Assembly (NCBI GenBank): GCA_035446965.1
Contig: DAOTGE010000007.1
Location: 1,270-65,269 of the forward strand
Source of the DNA: Eubacteriales bacterium
GTDB lineage: Bacteria > Bacillota > Clostridia > Christensenellales > CAG-138
DNA: 64,000 nucleotides
Direction of reading: 5' to 3'
Shown here one piece after another: positions 16,915 to 24,956 of the stretch (the first letter of the stretch is position 1; each line of letters begins with the position of its first letter). The notes under the pieces were generated by a model, which was not told where the DNA came from, made no database searches, and was given only the letters and a program-made list of their open reading frames with translations. The position numbers and the translations under genes are program-made.

Positions 16915-17002
16915 AAGAACGGATTTCGTATTAAAATGCATTGATTATGGCGCAATGCGTGGCCTGGCCATGCGTGAACGCCCATTTTTACGGAGGAAGC
17001 CT

Positions 17003-18205
17003 ATGCTCAATGTCCTTTCGCTCGAAAAAGCATGTGATATTCTGAATAAAATCTGCCTTATGCAGCCGCTTGAAACGGAGATGGTCCCGCTTGCGCGCTC
17101 TCTTGGGCGTGTGCTCGCAAAATCCGCCGCCGCAGCGGAGGACGTCCCCGGGTTTCACCGCAGCACGGTGGACGGGTACGCAGTAGCGGCCGCGGACACG
17201 TTCGGCGCTTCGGTGGCGATGCCGGCGCTGCTGCGGCTGGCGGTGGAGGTAAAGATGGGGCAAAAAGCGGACGTCCTGCTTCGTTCGGGCGAATGCGCCG
17301 CGGTGCCGACGGGCGGGGAGCTACCACACAGCACAGATGCGATGGTCATGCTGGAAGACGCACAGGCGTTTGCGGGCGGGATGATCGCCATCGAAAAACC
17401 CGCCGCGCCGGGAAACCACATCATTTTTGCGGGCGACGACGCGAAAAAAGGGAGTATTGTGATTGCGGCGGGCAAAAAGCTGCTGCCGCAGGATATCGGC
17501 GCGCTGGCCGCGCTCGGGTACGCCGAAGTACCGGTTGCGCGCAGGCCGCGTGTCTGCGTGCTCTCCACGGGCGACGAACTCGTCGACCCGTCGCAGACGC
17601 CGAAAGACGGCGAGGTGCGCGACGTCAACGGCGGCATGCTGACCGCGGCGGCGGAAGCGGCGGGTGCGGAGGCGGTCTTCTGCGGCCGCGTGCCGGACGA
17701 AAAGGCGCTGCTGGCCGAACGGATTCGCGGCTGTGCCGGGAAATGCGAGATGCTGCTGCTTTCCGGCGGCAGCTCGGTCGGCGCAAAGGACGCGGCGGCG
17801 GAATGCGTCTCCGAACAGGGAGAATTGCTCTTTCACGGGCTTGCCGTCAAACCGGGTAAGCCGACGTTCGCCGGGCGGATCGGCAAAACACTGGTGATCG
17901 GTCTGCCGGGGCACCCTGCGGCGGCGTTTTTTATCTTTCAGCTGCTCGTGCGCCCGGCGCTGGAGGCGATGATGCGGCAAGCGAGCCTTGTGCGCATGGT
18001 CCCGGCGCGGCTGCGTGCGGCGGTCCCTTCCAACACCGGCCGGGAGGAGTACGTGGCCGTGCGGCTCGACGGCGGGGAGGCGGAACCGCTGATGAGCAAG
18101 TCCGGCCTGATCTCCGTGCTTGCGCGCGCGGACGGCTACATCCGGATTCCGCGCGACACGGAAGGATTTTCCAGCGGCGCGCAGGTGGACGTGCGTTTAT
18201 TCTGA
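17003..18205 (+). CDS. moeA: molybdopterin molybdotransferase MoeA
   Basis: Start at MLNVLSLEKA (GGAGGAAG RBS). Motifs FHRSTVDGYAV, VPTGGELP, LSTGDELV, GGSSVGAKD, VKPGKP. The upstream part of the track ORF is AT-rich and non-coding. Confidence 0.9.
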   Translation: MLNVLSLEKACDILNKICLMQPLETEMVPLARSLGRVLAKSAAAAEDVPGFHRSTVDGYAVAAADTFGASVAMPALLRLAVEVKMGQKADVLLRSGECAAVPTGGELPHSTDAMVMLEDAQAFAGGMIAIEKPAAPGNHIIFAGDDAKKGSIVIAAGKKLLPQDIGALAALGYAEVPVARRPRVCVLSTGDELVDPSQTPKDGEVRDVNGGMLTAAAEAAGAEAVFCGRVPDEKALLAERIRGCAGKCEMLLLSGGSSVGAKDAAAECVSEQGELLFHGLAVKPGKPTFAGRIGKTLVIGLPGHPAAAFFIFQLLVRPALEAMMRQASLVRMVPARLRAAVPSNTGREEYVAVRLDGGEAEPLMSKSGLISVLARADGYIRIPRDTEGFSSGAQVDVRLF

Positions 18206-18261
18206 GAATTTCTGTTATAATCAAGGAGAGACGAAAACCGAACGAACGGGGACCGGATAAA

Positions 18262-20190
18262 ATGAAATATGAGTTTTTGAGCAATACGCCGCTGACGGAA
18301 GCGGTGCGCGGGTATCTGACGTTTTTAAAGGAAAACGGGATGGCGGGCCGGACGGAGCGGATTTCCGTACCCGATGCGTTCGACCGCGTGACGGCAAGTG
18401 CGGTGTATGCCGTTCTTTGCGCGCCGCACTATACCGCCTGCGCAATGGACGGCATTGCGCTGAAAGCCGAGCGTACCTTCGGCGTGACGGAGACCACGCC
18501 GGTACTGCTTTCGGAGAACGATTTTGTCCGCGTCGACACCGGCGACCCGCTGCCGGACGGGTGCGACGCGGTGGTGATGATTGAGGACTGCGTGGAGCAA
18601 GCGGACGGAATCCGGCTGTTTTCCGCCGCCGCGCCCTGGCAGCACGTGCGGCAGATCGGCGAAGACATCGCCGCCGGGGATATGATCCTGCCGTCGTATC
18701 TGCCGGTCGAACCGGCGATGATCGGCGCGATGCTGGCGGGCGGCGTTTCCGAAATCGAGGTGCTGGCAAAACCGCGTGTCGGGATTATTCCGACGGGCGA
18801 CGAAATCGTGCCGCCGAGCGCGCATCCAAACGCGGGCGATGTGATGGAGTTCAATTCCGCTATCTTTTCCGGCATGCTGCGCCGCTGGGGCGCGGAACCG
18901 GAAGTTTATCCGATCGTGCCGGACGACCCGGCGAAGATTTCGGACGCGGTGAAACGCGCCGCGGACGAATGCGACGCGGTGCTGCTCTGCGCGGGCACGT
19001 CCGCCGGACGCGACGACGACACGACGTCGGTGATTGCGGCGGAAGGGGAACTCTATCTGCATGGCGTTGCGATCCGCCCGGGCAAGCCCGCCGCGCTCGG
19101 CCGGATCGGCAAAAAGCCGATCCTTGGCGTGCCGGGGTATCCCGTTTCCGGCATCGTCGTGCTCGAAGAGATTTTTAAGCCCGTCATCGATGCGCTGCTT
19201 ATGCGCGAGCCGCAGGGAGCGGAGTCGGTCTGCGTGCGCATGGGAAGAAAACTGACGTCCTCGCTGAAATACCGCGAATTCGTCCGTGCGACGCTTGGCT
19301 ACGGTGCGGACGGCCAGCTTTCCGCCGTGCCGCTGGAGCGCGGCGCGGGCGTTGTGAGTTCGTTCACCAAGGCGGACTGTCTTTTGGACGTTCCGCAGAA
19401 CTGCGAAGGGTACGAGGCGGGCGGGCGCGCGTTTGCGCGGCTGCTCAAGCCGGTCGACCAAATCGGGCGCACGGTGCGCATCCTCGGCAGTCACGACCCG
19501 CTGATCGACGAGGCGGCGGACGAACTGCGCCGCACGGACGTGAAAGCGCATGTCTCCAGCACGCATGTCGGCAGCATGGGCGCAATCCTCGCCGTTTCGC
19601 GCGGCGAAGCACAGCTTGGCGGCGTGCACCTGCTGGACGAAACGGACGGCAGCTACAACGTTTCCTATGTGGAGCGGTTTTTCCCGGAAGGCGGCGTTGC
19701 GCTGATTGAATGTGTGCGCCGCACGCAGGGATTTATGGTCAAAAAAGGCAATCCGAAAGGAATTCGCGACGTGCGCGACCTTGCACGGGAGGACGTTTCC
19801 TATGCCAACCGGCAGAAAGGCGCGGGTACGCGCGTGCTGCTCGACTATCTGATGAAGCAGAGCGGCATTTCGCTCGCGCAGGTGCGCGGGTATACGCGCG
19901 AGGAACTGACGCATACCGCCGTCGCGGCGCAGGTATCCTCCGGCGGCGTGGACTGCGGGCTTGGCATTTTTGCGGCGGCAAGGATTTACGATTTGGACTT
20001 TATCCCGGTGTGCGAGGAGCAATACGACTTGCTCGCGCCGCTTGCCGCGCTGGAAAATCCGCAGGTGCGCGCGTTTCTGCGTGTGCTCGCCGGAGAAGAG
20101 TTCGCGGCGCGGCTGGCCCGGCTGGGCGGGTACCGGCTGGAGCATCCGGGCCGGATACGAAAAATCTGGCCGGAACAAAAGAGCGAATAA
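18262..20190 (+). CDS. MoeA-like molybdopterin molybdotransferase fused to a C-terminal periplasmic-binding-protein-like domain
   Basis: 642 aa. The N-terminal ~400 aa is MoeA-like ([38 protein letters not shown]). The C-terminal ~230 aa is PBP-like ([10 protein letters not shown]...[11 protein letters not shown]...GLGIFAAAR). Confidence 0.8.
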   Translation: MKYEFLSNTPLTEAVRGYLTFLKENGMAGRTERISVPDAFDRVTASAVYAVLCAPHYTACAMDGIALKAERTFGVTETTPVLLSENDFVRVDTGDPLPDGCDAVVMIEDCVEQADGIRLFSAAAPWQHVRQIGEDIAAGDMILPSYLPVEPAMIGAMLAGGVSEIEVLAKPRVGIIPTGDEIVPPSAHPNAGDVMEFNSAIFSGMLRRWGAEPEVYPIVPDDPAKISDAVKRAADECDAVLLCAGTSAGRDDDTTSVIAAEGELYLHGVAIRPGKPAALGRIGKKPILGVPGYPVSGIVVLEEIFKPVIDALLMREPQGAESVCVRMGRKLTSSLKYREFVRATLGYGADGQLSAVPLERGAGVVSSFTKADCLLDVPQNCEGYEAGGRAFARLLKPVDQIGRTVRILGSHDPLIDEAADELRRTDVKAHVSSTHVGSMGAILAVSRGEAQLGGVHLLDETDGSYNVSYVERFFPEGGVALIECVRRTQGFMVKKGNPKGIRDVRDLAREDVSYANRQKGAGTRVLLDYLMKQSGISLAQVRGYTREELTHTAVAAQVSSGGVDCGLGIFAAARIYDLDFIPVCEEQYDLLAPLAALENPQVRAFLRVLAGEEFAARLARLGGYRLEHPGRIRKIWPEQKSE

Positions 20191-20240
20191 CGGCGGCCGC
20201 CGGCCGGGCGGCAGGACATTCGGAAAGGACGGTATGGTGC

Positions 20241-20741
20241 ATGAATGAAGCGCTGACTCATGTGGACGAGCACGGCGCGGCGCGCATGGTGGACGTTTCC
20301 GAAAAGGACGTGACCCATCGCGAGGCGATTGCCGAATGCGTTTTAACGATGAAACCGGAAACGCTGCAGATGATCGTTTCGGGTGGCGCGCCCAAGGGGG
20401 ACGTGTTTGCCGCGGCGCGCATCGCGGGCATTCTCGCGGCCAAGCGGACGGGCGAACTGATCCCGCTTTGCCATCCGCTGACGCTTACTTCGGTGCGGGT
20501 CGATCCGATCGCCTGCCCGCCGGAGAGCGTGCATATCGTTGCCGAGGTGCGCTGCGACGAGAAGACCGGCGTGGAGATGGAAGCGCTGACCGCCGCGAGC
20601 GTTGCTGCGCTGACCATCTACGACATGTGCAAGGCGGTCGACCGCGGCATGGAGATTAAGCACGTGCGGCTGCTCAAAAAAAGCGGCGGCAAGAGCGGCA
20701 CGTTTGAGCGGAAGGAAGAAACATGCGGGCCGAACGGCTGA
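20241..20741 (+). CDS. moaC: cyclic pyranopterin monophosphate synthase MoaC
   Basis: [22 protein letters not shown]..., with [36 protein letters not shown] and IYDMCKA. Confidence 0.9.
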   Translation: MNEALTHVDEHGAARMVDVSEKDVTHREAIAECVLTMKPETLQMIVSGGAPKGDVFAAARIAGILAAKRTGELIPLCHPLTLTSVRVDPIACPPESVHIVAEVRCDEKTGVEMEALTAASVAALTIYDMCKAVDRGMEIKHVRLLKKSGGKSGTFERKEETCGPNG

Positions 20742-21142
20742 CGATCTCCCCTGCAAAGGGGGAGCGCACCGCCGCGGACCGGCTGACGCTGGACCCGGCG
20801 CGCGGCGTGCTTGGCGACGTGCGCAGTCGGCGCGACGGCTCAATAAGCCTGCTTGCAGGTGAAGCGGAGCGGGGAATCCGGGAAGCGGGCGGGCTCTGCA
20901 CCGGGCGCTTTGCCGCCAACGTCGTTACGGCGGGGCTGGATTATGCGCGGCTGAAAAAGGGGACGCGTCTGCGCATCGGCGGCTGCGAAGCGGAAATCCT
21001 GCGCGTTGGGAAACCCTGCTATGAAGAATGCCCGCTGGCGAAGAACGTGCAAACCTGCCCGCTGCAGAAAAACTGCGCGTTTGCGCGCGTCGTTTCGGGC
21101 GGGGAACTCTTTAAGGGCGATGAAATCGTCTTCGTGAAATAA
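20723..21142 (+). CDS. MOSC domain-containing protein (short)
   Basis: 139 aa, overlaps the moaC end by 19 nt. RBS is GGAAGGAAG. Has the MOSC-like beta-barrel signature (GRFAANVVT..., [16 protein letters not shown]). Confidence 0.7.
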   Translation: MRAERLTISPAKGERTAADRLTLDPARGVLGDVRSRRDGSISLLAGEAERGIREAGGLCTGRFAANVVTAGLDYARLKKGTRLRIGGCEAEILRVGKPCYEECPLAKNVQTCPLQKNCAFARVVSGGELFKGDEIVFVK

Positions 21143-21179
21143 CGACAGCGTTTATGAACGCGGAAAGATTTATAAACGG

Positions 21180-22130
21180 ATGAACGATCATTTTGGCCGG
21201 ACGATCGAGTACCTGCGGCTCTCGCTGACTGAGCGCTGCACGCTCAAATGCGCGTACTGCCGCGCGGGCGAAGGGCTTTGCCCCAAGAAAAGCGAACTGC
21301 CTGCGGAGGCGTTTCTGCGCATCGTTCGCGTAATGGCCTCGCTCGGCGTAAAAAAAGTGCGGCTGACCGGCGGCGAGCCGATGCTGCGGCGTGATCTGCT
21401 TGAAATCGTCTCCGGTATCCGGGCGATCGAGGGGATTGAAGAGATCGACATGACGACCAACGGCCAGCATCTGCCCGGGCAGTCGCGTTTGCTGCGGGAA
21501 GCGGGGCTCGACCGGCTGAACGTCAGCCTGGATTCGCTCCGGGCGGAGCGCTTTACGGCGATGACCGGCGGCGGTTCGCTGGAAAAAACGCTGACGGGCA
21601 TTGAAGAGGCCCTTGAAGCGGGGTTTCGCCCGCTCAAGATCAACGTGGTGCTGCTGCGCGGGGAAAACGACGATGAAACGGACGATTTCATCGCGCTGAC
21701 GAAGGACAAACCCGTCTGGGTGCGGTTTATCGAATGGATGCCGCTCGGCGAGAGCGACTGCGCGGACAAGCGCGTTCCCGGCGGGGAACTGCGCGCGGCG
21801 CGGCCGTATCTGGAGCCTGCGCCGCCGGTTTACAAAGGTCAGCCTTCGCGGGATTATATGGTGCCGGGATATATGGGACGCGTGGGGTTCATCGACCCGG
21901 TGTCGCATCGGTTCTGCCAATACTGCAACCGGGTGCGGGTTACGAGCGACGGCATGCTGCGGCCCTGCCTCGGCAGCAATCTTGAAATTCCGCTGCGCGA
22001 GGCGCTGGACAACCCGGACGACGCGGCGCTGCGCGAGGCGATCCTGCGCGCGGTGCGGCAAAAGCCGGAAGCGCACGGATTCGACGGCGCGTTTTGCGCC
22101 AACCGGAACATGAGCCGCATCGGCGGCTGA
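21180..22130 (+). CDS. moaA: GTP 3',8-cyclase MoaA (radical SAM)
   Basis: CTLKCAYCR radical-SAM cluster motif, LTGGEPMLR, and a C-terminal CQYCNRVRVTSDG second-cluster motif. Confidence 0.92.
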   Translation: MNDHFGRTIEYLRLSLTERCTLKCAYCRAGEGLCPKKSELPAEAFLRIVRVMASLGVKKVRLTGGEPMLRRDLLEIVSGIRAIEGIEEIDMTTNGQHLPGQSRLLREAGLDRLNVSLDSLRAERFTAMTGGGSLEKTLTGIEEALEAGFRPLKINVVLLRGENDDETDDFIALTKDKPVWVRFIEWMPLGESDCADKRVPGGELRAARPYLEPAPPVYKGQPSRDYMVPGYMGRVGFIDPVSHRFCQYCNRVRVTSDGMLRPCLGSNLEIPLREALDNPDDAALREAILRAVRQKPEAHGFDGAFCANRNMSRIGG

Positions 22131-22143
22131 AGGAGAGCATCAG

Positions 22144-22587
22144 ATGGCACGAATCGTTTCTGTTAACATGAGCCCGAAAAAAGGCACGTTCAAGTATCCG
22201 GTCGAAAGCGCGGAAATGAAGGTCGATTTCGGAATCGACGGGGACGCGCACGCGGGCAAATGGCACCGGCAGGTCAGCCTGCTCGGGCAGGAGAGCATCG
22301 ACAAAATGACCGCGATGGGCGTCGACGGGCTGAAACCCGGGATGTTTGCCGAAAACATCACGACGGAGGGAATTGAGCTGTATTCGCTCCCGGTCGGCAC
22401 GCGGCTGCGCATGGGCGTATGCCTCGCGGAAGTGACGCAGATTGGGAAAAAGTGCCATAACGACTGCGAAATTTTCCGCAAGGTCGGCAAATGCGTCATG
22501 CCGCACGAAGGGATATTCGTGCGGATTCTGGAAGGCGGGGTGCTCCGCGCCGGGGACCCGATCAGCGTGGAACAAAAAGCGCAGTAG
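22144..22587 (+). CDS. MOSC domain-containing protein
   Basis: 147 aa. Motifs GDAHAG.WHRQVSLL and AEVTQIGKKCH. RBS is GAAGGAG. Confidence 0.75.
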   Translation: MARIVSVNMSPKKGTFKYPVESAEMKVDFGIDGDAHAGKWHRQVSLLGQESIDKMTAMGVDGLKPGMFAENITTEGIELYSLPVGTRLRMGVCLAEVTQIGKKCHNDCEIFRKVGKCVMPHEGIFVRILEGGVLRAGDPISVEQKAQ

Positions 22588-22604
22588 CGAAGGGGAAATA
22601 TCAA

Positions 22605-22798
22605 AGACCGCCCTAGAACTGGTTTTTTGACGGGTTAACCGTTCTTTGCCTCTCGTCCTTCGGACTCCCGGGCGGCAAAGAACACAGAGAAACCTCCCAT
22701 TCTGGGCGATCGTACTGTGCCGGATGAACCGGCACAGCCGGAAAAACGGGTTAAGGACTGTGGCTCTTAACAATCCCAAGGACTTTTTTGACAGGCTG
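22605..22798 (+). repeat. intergenic structured repeat family A, full copy A1
   Basis: Aligns end to end with 23679-23871. Five hairpins. Lies between the MOSC stop codon and the terminator at 22801. Confidence 0.85.
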
Positions 22799-22800
22799 AT

Positions 22801-22831
22801 ACCGCGGGGATTTACCCGCGGTCTTTTTTCA
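22801..22831 (+). terminator. intrinsic terminator
   Basis: accgcggg-gattt-acccgcggt followed by CTTTTTT. Confidence 0.8.
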
Positions 22832-22845
22832 GGCCGAAAAAAGCG

Positions 22846-22874
22846 TTGTTTTCAATCGAGAATAATGGTATCAT
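22846..22874 (+). promoter_or_regulatory. candidate extended -10 promoter of an orphan ~150-nt transcription unit
   Basis: TTGTTT, 17 nt, TGgTATCAT. Confidence 0.45.
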
Positions 22875-22996
22875 ATAGGCGGTGAATATCGATTGCCGTA
22901 TTCCTGTTTACTTTGCATTTTTGTTTACGAATTAAGCGACCCTCCGCAAAGTTCGTAATGCGTGTCCCGGCGGAAGACGACCGGCGGGGCGCAGGG

Positions 22997-23030
22997 TCCG
23001 CCGTCATGCGGTTTGGCGGCGGATTTTTTA
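22997..23030 (+). terminator. intrinsic terminator/attenuator upstream of mog
   Basis: Perfect 7-bp stem tccgccg...cggcgga followed by TTTTTT. Confidence 0.65.
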
Positions 23031-23126
23031 TTTGCGCAGGGAGGGAGCAAATAAAAACACCGGCACGTTTTGCACGCCGGTGTGGTATGATGAATTCAAA
23101 TCAGAATACAGCGGAGGGAAAATACG

Positions 23127-23630
23127 GTGTTTCAGGCTTCGGTCATTACGGTGAGCGATAAGGGGTTTTCCGGCGAGCGCGAGGATACCTCCGGCCCGCT
23201 TTGCGCGCAGATGCTGCATGAGGCGGGATATGAGGTGCTGACGGTTTCGATCGTGCCGGACGATCAGGCGCGAATCGAAGCCGAACTGCGCCGGCATGCG
23301 GACGAGCTTGGCGCCGCGCTGATTCTTACCAGCGGCGGAACGGGCTTTTCCAGGCGGGACGTGACGCCCGAGGCGACGATCGCCGTCTGTGAGCGGCTTG
23401 TGCCCGGCATTCCGGAGGCGATGCGCGCATACTGCCTGCCGATTACGAAAAGGGCGATGCTTTCGCGCGCGGCGGCGGGCATTTATCACGATTCGCTGAT
23501 TGTCAACCTGCCGGGCAGCCCGAAGGCGGTGCGGGAAAATCTTGCGCCCGTGCTGCCCGCGCTGGAACACGGGATTTGCATGCTGCTCGGCACGAAAAAC
23601 GAATGCGCCGCGGTGCCGGTTAACGATTAA
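23127..23630 (+). CDS. mog: MogA/MoaB family molybdenum cofactor biosynthesis protein
   Basis: GTG start after GGAGGG. Motifs ITVSDKG, LILTSGGTGFSRRDVTPEA, PGSPKA. Confidence 0.85.
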   Translation: MFQASVITVSDKGFSGEREDTSGPLCAQMLHEAGYEVLTVSIVPDDQARIEAELRRHADELGAALILTSGGTGFSRRDVTPEATIAVCERLVPGIPEAMRAYCLPITKRAMLSRAAAGIYHDSLIVNLPGSPKAVRENLAPVLPALEHGICMLLGTKNECAAVPVND

Positions 23631-23678
23631 AACTGCTAAAGCGGGCAAAAAACAAAAGCGCTCCGTTCAGAGCGCTTG

Positions 23679-23871
23679 AGACCGTCAAAAAACCAGTTTT
23701 TTGACGGGGTAACCACGTTTTGCCTTTCGCCCTTCGGGCTCCCGGGCGGCAAAACGCACAGGGAAACCGCCCTAAAGGGCGATCCGTTGCGCCGGATGAA
23801 CCGGCGCAGCCGGAAAAAACGAGTTAAGGGCGGCGGCCCTTAACAATCCCAAGGACTTTTTTGACAGACTG
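23679..23871 (+). repeat. intergenic structured repeat family A, full copy A2
   Basis: See A1. It is flanked on both sides by near-identical hairpins agcgctccgttc[ag]gagcgct. Confidence 0.85.
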
Positions 23872-23898
23872 CAGCGCTCCGTTCGGAGCGCTTTTTTG
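23872..23898 (+). terminator. intrinsic terminator (second copy of the hairpin, carrying the T-tract)
   Basis: agcgctcc-gttc-ggagcgct followed by TTTTTT. Confidence 0.8.
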
Positions 23899-23909
23899 CA
23901 TAATTCGCT

Positions 23910-24302
23910 TCAGGATTTTTCCGGAACGCCGAGATACGTCGAGGTGTCGAACGCAAGGATGCATTCAAAAATGATGGAGAGGAAGATCAAGCCGACCGCA
24001 AAACCACCGCTTTTGCCGAACGCCTTGGCCAGTTTGACCATGGTGATGATGCCGATGACGATATTCGCAATCGGAATCAGCATCAGCAGGAAGCTCCAGC
24101 CGTTCCCCCAGGTGATTTTGAAGAGCAGGTACGCGTTGTAGAACGGAATAATCGCACCCCAGCCCGGCTCGCCGGCCTTTTCAAAGATTTTCCAAAGCGC
24201 GATGATCGCCAGCACGGCGACCGCGAGGCTGATCAGCGTCGTGCCGGTGCTGAATTTTGGATAGTAATAGTACCCGTAGTCATAATTCCAAGCATTCATC
24301 AT
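23910..24302 (-). CDS. DUF5684-like small membrane protein
   Basis: Start at MMNAWNY (AGGAAGGGGG RBS). Has the IPFYNAYLLFKI signature and 3-4 TM helices. Confidence 0.6.
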   Translation of the reverse strand: MMNAWNYDYGYYYYPKFSTGTTLISLAVAVLAIIALWKIFEKAGEPGWGAIIPFYNAYLLFKITWGNGWSFLLMLIPIANIVIGIITMVKLAKAFGKSGGFAVGLIFLSIIFECILAFDTSTYLGVPEKS

Positions 24303-24554
24303 AAAACAAATCCCCCTTCCTAAAATATATTTTATTATAGCATGAATGCGGCAAATAGTGAACGACAGGTTCACTTTGCGTCAATCCGTATAATTATGAA
24401 ACAACCGCAGCAACCCGCGGTATGGCAAAGGAAAACCGCAGTGTCTGAATGCCGGGAACATCGTTGGAATATTCCCTTGTGAACGACGGTGCAGCGTTGA
24501 CATTTTCAGGGAGCCTTGATACCATTGAAGAAAATCACAAATGGGGGGCGTATT

Positions 24555-24809
24555 ATGGCTATAGCATCTTTAGTTTTAGGTATTGTTTCGCTGATTATCG
24601 GAGTTTTTATTTCGTCGATCGGATGGCTTGGTGCTCTGGTTGCGATCGTGGGTATCATTCTGGGCGCATATGTGCGCAAAAAGCATGACGATCAGTACAA
24701 AATCGCTACGGCCGGCATGGTCTGCTCGATCGTCGGCGTCGTAATTAATCTGATTTTCTACATCGCCTGTATTGCATGCGCCGGTGCTTTTGCGGCTGCC
24801 GCTCTATAA
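24555..24809 (+). CDS. DUF4190-like small membrane protein
   Basis: MAIASLVLGIVSLIIG...; two TM hairpins. GGGGGG RBS. Confidence 0.55.
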   Translation: MAIASLVLGIVSLIIGVFISSIGWLGALVAIVGIILGAYVRKKHDDQYKIATAGMVCSIVGVVINLIFYIACIACAGAFAAAAL

Positions 24810-24849
24810 TTACGAACCAAACGGGCGGCTCCTTTTTCGGGGCCGCCCG

Positions 24850-24945
24850 AGACCGTCAAAAAACTAGTTTTTTGACGGGTAAACCGTTCTTTGCCTGTTG
24901 TCCTTAATGACTCGTGGACGACAAAGAACACAAAGAAACCGCTCG
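24850..24945 (+). repeat. repeat family A, 5' half copy A3
   Basis: gagaccgtcaaaaaactagttttttgacgggtaaaccgttctttgcc...gacaaagaacacaaagaaaccgc matches the first ~96 nt of A1 and A2. It ends 12 nt before the lgt ATG. Confidence 0.75.
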
Positions 24946-24956
24946 TTTTTGAAAAC

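Noticed and set aside
16757-17002. N-terminal 82-aa extension of the moeA ORF in the track (start at 16757)
   Set aside because: The extension lies in AT-rich sequence with atypical composition and no RBS. The internal ATG at 17003 has a GGAGGAAG RBS and yields a canonical MoeA N-terminus.
16900-17002. Moco riboswitch in the moeA leader, and likewise in 22880-23030
   Set aside because: I could not align the conserved Moco-motif segments by eye, so no riboswitch is annotated. The second region is kept as an unassigned candidate leader.
22646-22885. 79-aa ORF running through repeat copy A1, with the related peptide ...LNNPKDF... also seen in the minus-strand ORF 37821-38147
   Set aside because: The shared peptide arises only because both ORFs read through the same repeat. 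The reading frame is not preserved in copy A2 and there is no RBS. Conservation follows the hairpin stems, not codons.
22913-23161. 82-aa ORF covering the orphan transcription unit and overlapping the mog start
   Set aside because: It has no RBS, crosses an intrinsic terminator, and overlaps mog out of frame. The region is better explained as non-coding RNA or a leader.
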